Part shown: positions 54,585 to 63,707 of the stretch, one piece after another | How positions within the stretch are numbered: position 1 is the first letter of the stretch | Layout: each line of letters starts with the position of its first letter | Assembly: GCA_963749915.1 (NCBI GenBank) | Contig: CAVVOP010000022.1 | Span: 64,001 to 128,000, forward strand | Source: an uncultured cyanobacterium | GTDB taxonomy: Bacteria; Cyanobacteriota; Cyanobacteriia; Cyanobacteriales; Cyanobacteriaceae | DNA: 64,000 bases | Reading direction: 5' to 3' | Position numbers and translations under genes: made by a program | The notes under the pieces: generated by a model | The model's input: only the letters and a program-made list of their open reading frames with translations | Told to the model about the DNA's origin: nothing | Database searches by the model: none

Positions 54585-55274
54585 ATGAGGTGTATGATTA
54601 AATTAAAAAAAATCATGGGTGAGGTACAAATTAATCAATTAAACCAAGAACTAAATCAGCTAATTATTGAAACTTGTCAGCACTCTCCTGACAGTCGAGC
54701 TCGCAAGAGTGGTTTAACTAAAATTATTCAAGGGATTATTCAATCAGGCAAGCTGTGGCATTCTTATGAACCTTTCTATGAGGATGCCCTACAACAGACT
54801 TGGCTATACCTCTGTCGCAATCTCTGTGAAGCTAATACTGGCAAGCGATATGACCCGAACCAAAGTAAAGTTATTACTTGGCTCAACAGTTATCTTAAAT
54901 ATAGACTGCTTTCTTTCCAACAAGAAAGACAGGAACGGAAATATCAAGAAGTTTCCTCTTCTCTAACCGAAGATGAAGGGACAATAGATCCAATTCGACA
55001 GCTTGAATCTCCTTCAGATACTCCACCAATTTGGGAAGAAACTCTTCATTGGGTCAAAAATGACCGTGATGGTGAGTTAAGGTCAATCCACATCAAAAAT
55101 CGCCCGGATATTACCTGCCAAGTTTTAATTCTGCGCCGTCTGCCACCACCAACAGATTGGAAAACTCTTGAAGCAGAATTTAACTGTTCTTACTCAACCT
55201 TGGCTAACTTCTATAAGCGACAATGCCGTCCTCGCTTGCGTCAATTTGCCCTCACTCAAGGATATTTAGAATAA
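54585..55274 (+). CDS. Sigma-70/ECF-like cyanobacterial regulator
   Basis: YEDALQQTWLYLCRNL, YDP...VITWLN.YL region-2-like segment; C-terminal HTH (WKTLEAEFNCSYSTLANFY). Confidence 0.72.
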   Translation: MRCMIKLKKIMGEVQINQLNQELNQLIIETCQHSPDSRARKSGLTKIIQGIIQSGKLWHSYEPFYEDALQQTWLYLCRNLCEANTGKRYDPNQSKVITWLNSYLKYRLLSFQQERQERKYQEVSSSLTEDEGTIDPIRQLESPSDTPPIWEETLHWVKNDRDGELRSIHIKNRPDITCQVLILRRLPPPTDWKTLEAEFNCSYSTLANFYKRQCRPRLRQFALTQGYLE

Positions 55275-55287
55275 AGGAAAATAAAAA

Positions 55288-56352
55288 ATGACACTTCAGC
55301 AAAAATCTCTGGAAATACCGATTACGAGTAAGGCTCTGGCAACTGCCGAACAGTTTGCCTCTCAACAACCTCATCCTCAAAAAAAAGAAACAGTTCGCCT
55401 TAATACTCTGGCAGTTTTGGCGGTGCATGACTATTTGGAGTTAATGGCCATAGAAACCGAACTTCAGGAAAGTGATAGCTGGAATCCGGTGGTGCGTTTG
55501 TGTGAAGATGTGGGGGACTTAATGGTGAGCGGATTAGGCAAACTGGAATGTCGTCCACTGTTGCCAGATTCAGTAAATAGGCGTATTTATCACCTGCCTC
55601 CAGAAGTTTGTAGCGATCGCATTGGTTATGTCGTTGTGGAGATAAATAATGACCTAAAACGATCAACTTTGTTAGGTTTTACTCCCATGGTGGTCAATGA
55701 TGAATTACCGCTTACACAGTTACAACCTCTTACTGATTTGCTAGAACATTTGGAGTCTCTAACTCAACCCCAAGTCAATTTAAGTCAGTGGCTTAACAAT
55801 ATCTTTCCATCTAGTTGGCAGGAAATAGAAGCGATTTTTTCTCTCGAACCAGAACCAACTACTTCCCCAGAAGAAAATCAGCCTTCATCGAAGTTAGGTA
55901 AATGGTTAGAGTCGATTGTAGATGCGGGGAAAAATATTTGGGCAGATTTATCGGGTTCGCAAAGGCCGGAATTACAAAGTGCAGGAGCTTTTCGTAGTCT
56001 TACGCCAGTGAATAATTTATTGCCCGAGTGTGAACTAATGCGAGCTAAGTTAATTGATTTGGGAGTACAATTAGGTTCTCAAAATGTAGTTTTGCTCCTT
56101 GCTTTAACCCAAGAGCCGGATCAGAAACTGCGGCTTATAGTTCAGATGTATCCTGTCCCTGAGGAAGAGTATCTACCATCAGATCTTAAATTAGCTTTAC
56201 TTTCTGAATCAGGAGAAGCTATTCAGGAAGTTACTTCAAGAACTCAGGATAGAGGCATACAACTAAAACCATTTAAAATTCCTCAGAATACTAATTTTAA
56301 GTTAGAAATGAGCCTAGGTGATTTTAGTTTAACGGAAACTTTTAGTTTTTAA
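55288..56352 (+). CDS. DUF1822 family protein
   Basis: LNTLAVLAV..YL, DSWNP, GKLECRP, DRIGYVVV, VNLSQWL..IF...WQ, AKLIDLG, LP.DLKL.LL. Confidence 0.85.
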   Translation: MTLQQKSLEIPITSKALATAEQFASQQPHPQKKETVRLNTLAVLAVHDYLELMAIETELQESDSWNPVVRLCEDVGDLMVSGLGKLECRPLLPDSVNRRIYHLPPEVCSDRIGYVVVEINNDLKRSTLLGFTPMVVNDELPLTQLQPLTDLLEHLESLTQPQVNLSQWLNNIFPSSWQEIEAIFSLEPEPTTSPEENQPSSKLGKWLESIVDAGKNIWADLSGSQRPELQSAGAFRSLTPVNNLLPECELMRAKLIDLGVQLGSQNVVLLLALTQEPDQKLRLIVQMYPVPEEEYLPSDLKLALLSESGEAIQEVTSRTQDRGIQLKPFKIPQNTNFKLEMSLGDFSLTETFSF

Positions 56353-56356
56353 GGCT

Positions 56357-58711
56357 ATGACTAAGTTAGTTATTCTCAATTTAGGAGAGGGAAGTTTCCA
56401 GAATGGTTTTCCCAATATAACTATGCAGTTGGGGGAAACGGGAAACCTGTGGATGCAAGTGACTGGAAGTTTACCACCTGCACCAGAATTACCAAAACTT
56501 TATCGCTCTTGGAAGATATTATATAAAGCTTTAAATTATTACAGCCATAAAAGTAGATCTATTGAAGTGCAAGAAGCTGGTATCACCAATTTTTCTGAGT
56601 ATGAATATAGTAATATTTGTCAAAAATTAGATCAGAGTCTTAATGATTGGCTTGGTAATTCTGGATTTACCAATATAGAACAACAGCTAAGAACCCAACT
56701 TAATGCTACAGACTCAATCAGAATAATTATTCAAAGTGACAATCATGATGTTTGGCAGTTACCCTGGCATCGCTGGCGATTAGTTAAAGAAGATTATCCC
56801 CAAGGGGAAGTTGCTTTCAGTTTCACTGAATATCCGCCCCCGCCACTAAAATTAACCAAAAAACGAGACAAGACTAAAATATTGGTGATTTTGGGCAACA
56901 GCACCGGGATTAGGGTTCAAGAAGATCAAAAATTCCTGAAAAGGTTACCCAATGTCGAATTGCTCCTGTTAAATGAGCCACAGAGACAGGAACTCAATGA
57001 GCGACTCTGGGAACAAGGTTGGGATATTCTCTTTTTTGCCGGACATAGCCAAAGCGAGGATGAGGGAGAAACAGGACGGATTTATATCAACCAAAACTCA
57101 GAAAATAACAGTTTGACTATGGGAGAGCTAGAAGAAGCCCTCAAGCGAGCCGTAGCCCAGGGGTTACAGTTAGCTATCTTCAATTCCTGCGATGGTTTGG
57201 GTTTAGTGCGAGAATTGGCATCGGCGGCGGTTCCCCTACCAGTGGCGATCGCCATGAGGGAACCTATAGCTGACCAAGTAGCACAATTTTTTTTGAAGTA
57301 TTTTTTGTCCGCTTTTGCCTCTGGAGAAGATTTTCAGGTGGCAGTAAGGCAGGCGAGAGAACAACTCAGAGGCTTGGAAGGAGAATTTCCCGCCGCTAGT
57401 TGGTTGCCGGTAATTTGTCAGCACCCGGCGGTAGAGCCTCCTCGTTGGTGCCAGCTCAGTAAAAGCGGGGGAGTAACGGGAAAAAAACTAGCTTCGACCT
57501 TGACTCTCAGTTTTTTGGTCACTGTCTTAATAATAGGAATGCGAATGCTGGGCATTTGGCAGTGGTGGGAACTGAACGTTTTTGACTTGCTACTGCGGAT
57601 GCGTCCTCATGAGGCAGTAGATCCCAGAATATTAATGATTATCGCTACGCCAGAAGACATAAAACAGCAGTCGGTGAAACCTTCGGGCAAAGCTTCATTA
57701 TCAGATCTGACTCTGAGTGTACTATTACAAAAACTACAGCAGGAGTATCAACCGATAACTATTGGTTTAGATATTTATCGGGATTTCCCTGTGGAAACTG
57801 CCAATTCCGAATTGGCAACTTATTTGGAACAGAATAACCTTTTTGGAGTCTGTAAGGTCAGATCTCCCCAGGATGGCGACGAGCAAGGTGTTGCTCCCCC
57901 CCCAGAGATTTCTGCTCAACAGATAGGCTTTGGTGATTTCGTAGCTGATGCCGATGGAGTTGTCCGCCGTCAGCTTTTGGCGATGAGTCCCTCGGCTGAT
58001 GCTACTGATCCCTGCATAGCAGTTAATAGCTTTAGTCTTTTGGTTGCCCTTCATTACCTGCAACAAGCTCAGGGAATCAAATTTGACTACACTCCAACAG
58101 GAGAATTAAAAATTGGTGATGTGGTTGTTCAAGAATTAGATGGTTACTTTGGTAGCTATCGAGCTACGGATACTCGTGGACGACAAATTTTGTTGAATTA
58201 CCGCTCTGGGGATTCTCCTCTGGAGATTGCCACCACGGTTACTGTAAGAGATATCCTTGATGACAGGATTTCTAGTAGTGTTTTATCGCAACTCAAAGGG
58301 CGAATTGTCTTGATTGGCATTGCCGATTCCCTTGCTACTAGTGGCGATTACTGGCTCACACCCCTGAGTGCCACTCAGCCCATTGCCCAGAAAGAAATAC
58401 CGGGAGTATTCATTCAAGCTCACATGGTCAGCCAGTTAGTTAGTGCTGTTTTGGATGGGCGATCTTTATTTTGGCTTTTACCTTGGTGGGGGGATTTTTC
58501 GTGGACTTGGGGATGGTGTTTACTCGCTAGTTTACTATATCGGTCGGGTTTGTTGCCAATAGAAGTTCGTATTTTGCTAATATTAGGCTTCAATTTGGGA
58601 GTGGGTTATCTCCTGTTTCTTCGAGGTGGTTTGGTGCCTCTAATTCCTTCAATTATGGCGATCGCTCTGGTTAGTTTTGGGGAAAAGATATCTTCCCAGA
58701 AATTAGATTAA
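56357..58711 (+). CDS. CHAT protease + CHASE2 membrane sensor fusion
   Basis: QLPW, LFFAGHS (His), AIFNSCDG (Cys), TM, GLDIYRD, DADGVVRR, PGVFIQAHMVSQL, C-terminal TMs. Confidence 0.88.
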   Translation: MTKLVILNLGEGSFQNGFPNITMQLGETGNLWMQVTGSLPPAPELPKLYRSWKILYKALNYYSHKSRSIEVQEAGITNFSEYEYSNICQKLDQSLNDWLGNSGFTNIEQQLRTQLNATDSIRIIIQSDNHDVWQLPWHRWRLVKEDYPQGEVAFSFTEYPPPPLKLTKKRDKTKILVILGNSTGIRVQEDQKFLKRLPNVELLLLNEPQRQELNERLWEQGWDILFFAGHSQSEDEGETGRIYINQNSENNSLTMGELEEALKRAVAQGLQLAIFNSCDGLGLVRELASAAVPLPVAIAMREPIADQVAQFFLKYFLSAFASGEDFQVAVRQAREQLRGLEGEFPAASWLPVICQHPAVEPPRWCQLSKSGGVTGKKLASTLTLSFLVTVLIIGMRMLGIWQWWELNVFDLLLRMRPHEAVDPRILMIIATPEDIKQQSVKPSGKASLSDLTLSVLLQKLQQEYQPITIGLDIYRDFPVETANSELATYLEQNNLFGVCKVRSPQDGDEQGVAPPPEISAQQIGFGDFVADADGVVRRQLLAMSPSADATDPCIAVNSFSLLVALHYLQQAQGIKFDYTPTGELKIGDVVVQELDGYFGSYRATDTRGRQILLNYRSGDSPLEIATTVTVRDILDDRISSSVLSQLKGRIVLIGIADSLATSGDYWLTPLSATQPIAQKEIPGVFIQAHMVSQLVSAVLDGRSLFWLLPWWGDFSWTWGWCLLASLLYRSGLLPIEVRILLILGFNLGVGYLLFLRGGLVPLIPSIMAIALVSFGEKISSQKLD

Positions 58712-58730
58712 TGGTGACATCAGGAGTTTT

Positions 58731-59525
58731 TTGATGAATAACAAAATATTTAATCTCATTATTGCTTTTAGCCTTTTTAATTTAACAGTTTTACCGTTAC
58801 ACCTACAAGCGCAAATGGCTGAATCAAATCAGAATATTAATATGTCGGTTAATTTTAAACAGCCAGAACCGCCACCGGATGCTCCGAAGTCTGGAAGAGC
58901 AAAAGGAGGAGCAAGTAGGGGTGAATGTTCTCTTGCTAGCTCTACATTAAAAGAAGAGCTAACTTTAATTCCTTTACTTCCCTCCAATGGTTGGGGTTTG
59001 ACAGTGTCTGAGTCCCCGACGCTATGGGTGTATATTTCTTACCCCTCCGGTAGATTTAATGGGGAAACGGAAAGACACCTAACGGCAGAGTTATCGGTGG
59101 AAGAGCGAGAAACCGATCTTAAATTAGAACCTAAAAGTTATCCTCTTGAATTACCTAAAACTTCAGGGATTTTTAGTGTTTCTCTACCTCATTCTTTAGG
59201 GTCAAATAAATGGTACCGTTGGTATTTAGTGGTTGATTGTCAGGGGGAAAATATCTCGGGAAATGATGTCTTACAAGTTGAGGGTTTTTTATACCGAAAA
59301 GGGTTAAATGACTTGACAAAACCTTCAGAGTCCGCTAGGTCATCGGAGTTGGTTCGTTTCTATACCGACAATCATATCTGGTACGATGCTTTTCATGAAG
59401 CGGCTCTCCTGCACTGTAATAATCGCTCGAATAATGAATTGAAAAATTATTGGCAAACTTTGTTAAACATTGATGCAGTTGAGTTAGATGAGGTTAGCGA
59501 TCTCTTTCTTATTTGTCCCAATTAG
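58731..59525 (+). CDS. DUF928 domain exported protein
   Basis: Signal peptide, PPP..P...GGASRG.C, GLTVSESPTLWVY, YRWY, IWYDA. Confidence 0.85.
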   Translation: MMNNKIFNLIIAFSLFNLTVLPLHLQAQMAESNQNINMSVNFKQPEPPPDAPKSGRAKGGASRGECSLASSTLKEELTLIPLLPSNGWGLTVSESPTLWVYISYPSGRFNGETERHLTAELSVEERETDLKLEPKSYPLELPKTSGIFSVSLPHSLGSNKWYRWYLVVDCQGENISGNDVLQVEGFLYRKGLNDLTKPSESARSSELVRFYTDNHIWYDAFHEAALLHCNNRSNNELKNYWQTLLNIDAVELDEVSDLFLICPN

Positions 59526-59706
59526 GTAATGTTTTCCCCAAAGACTAATGGCACTTTCCGATTTAGTCAGACAATAATATGGGTTTAATTATTTCTGAAA
59601 TTAGTTGTTTTGAAGTTTCATCAAAGCAAACTAAGGGATAATCTGGGTCATATTTTTGGGTATAAAAATGCTATAATAACTAAGAATATTTGTTAAGAAA
59701 AGGAAA

Positions 59707-60312
59707 ATGGAAGCGTTCACCGAAAGTGTGGTTGTGTCGCTCTCTATTCCTAAGGGATTCAGAGTAACTCCAGAACAGTTCGAACAACTAGCAGACATCG
59801 AACAACTAGCACGATTGGAGTTAACTAAGACTGGAGAATTAATTATCATGAGTCCCACTGGGGGAACTGCTGGAAGAAAAAATAGCCGTTTAACCCAGCA
59901 ACTTAGAAATTGGGCAGATAGAAACGTTACAGGAGAAGTCTTTGATTCTTCTACAGTGTTTGTTTTACCAAATGGTGCGAGAAGAAGTCCCGATGTCAGT
60001 TGGATTAAATTAGAAAGGTGGAATCAACTCACTCAAGCCCAACAAGATGGATTTCCTCCTCTAGCTCCTGATTTTGTGATCGAGCTAGTCAGTCCCAGTG
60101 ACATCAAAAGCCAACGATATGAAGACTTGCAGGCAAAGATGCAGGAATATTTAGATAACGGAGTGCAACTAGGTTGGTTAATCGAACCATCAGCAAAAAA
60201 AGTTGAAATATATCAATTTGGGCAACAGGTAGAGATTTTAAATAATCCTCAAACTTTATCAGGAAAAGATATCTTACCTGGATTTATTTTAGATTTAAGT
60301 GAGATTTTTTGA
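59707..60312 (+). CDS. Uma2 family (DUF820) endonuclease-fold protein
   Basis: GELIIMSP, SPDVSWI, PDFVIELVSPSD, EYLDNGVQLGWLI. Confidence 0.93.
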   Translation: MEAFTESVVVSLSIPKGFRVTPEQFEQLADIEQLARLELTKTGELIIMSPTGGTAGRKNSRLTQQLRNWADRNVTGEVFDSSTVFVLPNGARRSPDVSWIKLERWNQLTQAQQDGFPPLAPDFVIELVSPSDIKSQRYEDLQAKMQEYLDNGVQLGWLIEPSAKKVEIYQFGQQVEILNNPQTLSGKDILPGFILDLSEIF

Positions 60313-60428
60313 TTTCAGAAAATAATGTGAGCAAAATTACGATTTGTTTCCATCAAGGATTTTTGAAAGGGTAGCTATCCCACAGGACCGGGACTACCTA
60401 CTTTCGAGTGTACTCCCACAATTATTAA

Positions 60429-63224
60429 TTAAAGCCAATTACCGACTATCACAAATGGAGCCCAAAAATAAGGTCTTCGTCAATTTAGATCTCTCAAAAA
60501 ATAGAGTTGGGTTTGTCGAACAGCTTGGGCAACAGTTGCTCCATCTCTCAATTCTTCATAAAACTTAATCATAAACTCAGCAGTGGCTGAATCGTTGACT
60601 TTCCACAAACTGGCTAATGTAGTACGCACTCGTGCCTGTGCCGATACCCCTGCCAATCCCAAAGCGGCTCGCCGATTGCCTTGAGCCGTTTCACAAGCAC
60701 TGAGAATTAGTAATTCGATTACTTGAGGACTATCAGGGTTACTAATCTGGAGAATCCGATGGAAATCTTTAACTTTGATTCGCTTTCCCCAAACGAGAAT
60801 GTAAGTTTCGTCTGGGTTAGAACTAAATTCACCATGAGTGGCGATGTGGACCATCGGAAAAGTAGCCGAGTCAATCTGTTGTTCTAGTTTTCCCTCGGTA
60901 AAGGTTTGATTTAACAGTATTTCAGTGGCAGCATCAGTCAATTCTTGGATGTTTGCTAGTTCAGTGGCGACATAGGGCAGAGCTTCAAATTCGATTCCAT
61001 CAACTACCTGTCCTTCGCTGACTCCCGCAGTTAAGACTTTGAGTTGTTTTTGTCGGGGACGGGGATCAAAAAGCTGCCGATTAGGAATTGCCGCTAGGGC
61101 ATACTTTTCGATTAAATATTCTCCCTCATTATAAAGTACAGACAGGGGAATGTTCCGTAGGGTATCGTCTAGGACAAAAACTAGGGTCGTTATTTGACCT
61201 TTCTGCCTCAATGTTTCTAAGTCTTGTTCAATGGGTTTAATCATCCATTGATAGACCTTTTGGGCTTCTTGTTTAACTTCTTCGGTGAAACGAGATTGTC
61301 TTAGATAGCCCTGGAGTTGTTTAATTGTCTCTTCAACTTCTGTATGGGGGATGAAAGTGGCTTGGTGAGCGAGGGGTTGCTGGGGTAGTTTGAAAATAAG
61401 CTCCAAACGATCTGAGAGAATTAAGGGATAGAGAAATGCGGCTTGGGGATCTATTTCCCCCACCACTGTTTCCACCTGCAATTCGGGAGTTAGAGAACAT
61501 TGCAAGAAATTTTCTAGTTCCGAGAGGCGGAGAAAGTCAACGAACTTTAAAGCCTGAGCGGGAAAACCTTGAGAATCAGATTCGGAAACATCTTCTGCCG
61601 TTAAAAGTAGATCAATTAACTGACGGTATAGAGGTTCGACGAAATCTCGGAAAGAAAATTGCACATCTGAGTCGATGGTAAGTAAGTCCCTGCGCACAGA
61701 TTCTAGAGTTTTGGTCGCCTGTTGGTAAATAACGATCGCTTTTTTTCTATCTCCTTGAGCTGACCATAATCTGCCCAACTGCCATTGCCATTGATAGGCT
61801 ATCTGCGGTGCTTGAACAGGTTGAGCTAGTGATAAGGCTGTCGATGTTAACTTAATCGCTTCTTGCCGACAATCCTGAGCTTTTTCACACCAATTAGATG
61901 ATTTCTCCGAGAGATTATACCAATCGGAATTCACGTTGTCTAGCCACCAAGCACGATATTCGTACAATCCCCCAAAATTACCAAGAACATAAGATTCTAA
62001 AAACTGATCTGGAATGGATTTGGCATTATTATATGCTTGGTTGAGCATTTGTCCAATCCTGTGCCAATCGGTGGGATTATTTGTTAGTGCAGACAGACAA
62101 GCTTTACCTTTGGTGAAGTTAATCTGAGCGTAAATTGTTGCCTTATTTATGGGTAGGTGAGAAAAGTCAACCTCCGATAATAATTGATTGGCTGTAGCCA
62201 ATTGTTGACGATCTCCAGAAGCAGTTTCTAAAATTAGGTTGACAAGATTGAGCTGGGCTGAGATTCTGGTAGTTTCTAGAGCAGATTGGGAGATAGCCGC
62301 AGAAGTTCTTTCAGAGGTAACCGAAGGTGTGCCTACGGCGATTGCCTGTGAGTATTGTTGTTGGGCTTGTTGATAAAAATTCTTTGCTTCTTGGGGGAGA
62401 TTAAGGGATATAGGCTCAATAATATCACAGCGCCAAGGGATATAGTCGTATTTGGGGGAGGCTTGACGATCACGGATAATATTCCCCCTGGCCCGTAAAG
62501 TATTGCCAAGGCTGAGTCTGGTAGCTGCTGGATCTGTATCTGAAGAGCTTTGAGCTAGTGTTTGTAAGACTAACTCTGACTCTTTTAACTTACCTAACAA
62601 GCGCAGAACATTACCGAGGCTACGCCAGCCATTTATTTCCAGTGCATCTGATTGTTGTGGGAGAATCTGAATTTTTGCCTCCAGAGTCTGGACTGTTACA
62701 TCTTCACAACTATTAATGTCCAGCTCTAAAGCTGAGAGCAACATGACACAAGCACCACTGTAGAATCCCAATTGCTGTAGGGCTTCTGCTTGGTAAATTT
62801 GATTACGGACTATTCCTGGGTGATCTCTTAATTGCTTCTCCGAGATAGTAGTAGCTTTCTGCCAGTTTTCTAGGGCTAATTCTGGTTTGCCCAAACTCAA
62901 CTGCAAGCGACCTAAATTAGTCAAAGTTATAGCCAAGTTTTGCCAGTCTTCTTGGGCTTGAAAGAGTAGGATAGCTTTTTCGAGGTAGTTGACGGCTGAG
63001 ACAAACTCCCTCGCACGATAGTCAGCCTCTGCCTGTTGTACCAACTGTCGAGCATTATCTGCCGGTATTTGGGACAGTACTGATGTAACTCCTGTACTGA
63101 GAAAAATACTTAGTAGGAATACAATCAGATATCTTTTGAGACTGGGATTTTTCCCTAGCCAAGAACGGAAACCTTCTAGAATAGAACTCACCGCATTGTA
63201 GAATAAATACCATTTTCTTGCCAT
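60429..63224 (-). pseudogene. Exported TPR-CHAT (caspase-like) protease with an in-frame TGA near the C-terminus
   Basis: Hydrophobic N-terminal segment, TPR-like helices, HIATHG and LSACETA dyad. After the TGA at 60482-60480 the same frame continues RRPYFWAPFVIVGNWL* to 60429. Confidence 0.85.
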
Positions 63225-63393
63225 GTTCTTTTTCTCGAATTTACATTTACTAACGGAATACCGATGTCACCTGACTTCGGAGTTGGCAGTTCGGAGTTCT
63301 GAGTTAGAAAAGTAAGGCTCATCTGCGTTATAAGGTTTAATCCGTCTATTCTACATCATATCTGCTGAGGATATTTTCCTTTTGACTCAGATG

Positions 63394-63466
63394 TTGCACT
63401 AGCACTACGTGCAATGTTGTCGTTCATTATCAAACCCTAACTAGAAGATTCTATTGTTAGAATCTT
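63394..63466 (+). promoter_or_regulatory. Putative promoter with two palindromic operators
   Basis: TTGCAC-N9-GTGCAA (63394-63414) and AAGATTCTA-TTGT-TAGAATCTT (63445-63466), the latter overlapping an extended -10 TGnTAGAAT. Confidence 0.5.
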
Positions 63467-63490
63467 AGTTGAGTAATAATTAATAATTAA

Positions 63491-63601
63491 GGGGAAGTAG
63501 CTCAATGGTAGAGCCGCGTTTTACTTTCCGCATAATGCAAAGAAAGTTCCTAATATTGGCTTATAACCCGCAGGTTGCAGGTTCAAATCCTGCCTTCCCC
63601 A
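63491..63601 (+). ncRNA. tRNA-like RNA with expanded anticodon arm (not a canonical tRNA)
   Basis: Acceptor GGGGAAG/CTTCCCC+A, D arm GCTC-AATGGTA-GAGC, T arm GCAGG-TTCAAAT-CCTGC; 62 nt between the D and T stems versus ~23 in a class I tRNA. Confidence 0.8.
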
Positions 63602-63603
63602 AA

Positions 63604-63688
63604 GAAAGGGGGCAAAAGAGATTCCTTATGATGGCGAAAGCCATTAGTCTTGGGTACTAACATTATCTCTCGCCCTCTTTTTCTCTTT
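63604..63688 (+). other. Structured RNA element / leader between the tRNA-like RNA and the ORF
   Basis: Nested stems GAAAGGGGGC/GCCCTCTTTT and AGAGAT/ATCTCT, hairpin ATGGC-GAAA-GCCAT, pyrimidine tract after. Confidence 0.55.
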
Positions 63689-63707
63689 AAATTACAGTTA
63701 TTTGATC

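Noticed and set aside
4328..58665. Recurrent GCGATCGC octamer
   Set aside because: This is the well-known cyanobacterial HIP1 (e.g. 4328, 5858, 7533, 10614, 18027, 36343); useful for taxonomy, not novel.
59707..60312. Uma2 protein as an effector of the CHAT module
   Set aside because: Uma2 genes are highly multicopy and scattered in cyanobacteria. It is separated by about 180 bp with its own TATAAT-like element, so linkage is unsupported.
2368..61681. Short ORFs overlapping or antisense to long genes (e.g. 2368-2790, 14068-14376, 33295-33678, 57767-58066, 60344-60568, 61436-61681)
   Set aside because: Shadow frames of well-supported genes with no recognisable motifs.
56357..63224. Type III-E Craspase or other CRISPR-linked CHAT system
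   Set aside because: No Cas7-11, cas genes or array in the window; used only as a mechanistic analogy.
63491..63601. Canonical tRNA-Ile(TAT)/Met, tmRNA or intron-containing tRNA
   Set aside because: No 5-bp/7-nt anticodon arm can be formed contiguous with the D arm. The insert is far too short for a group I intron. There is no G3-U70 pair or tag ORF for tmRNA.
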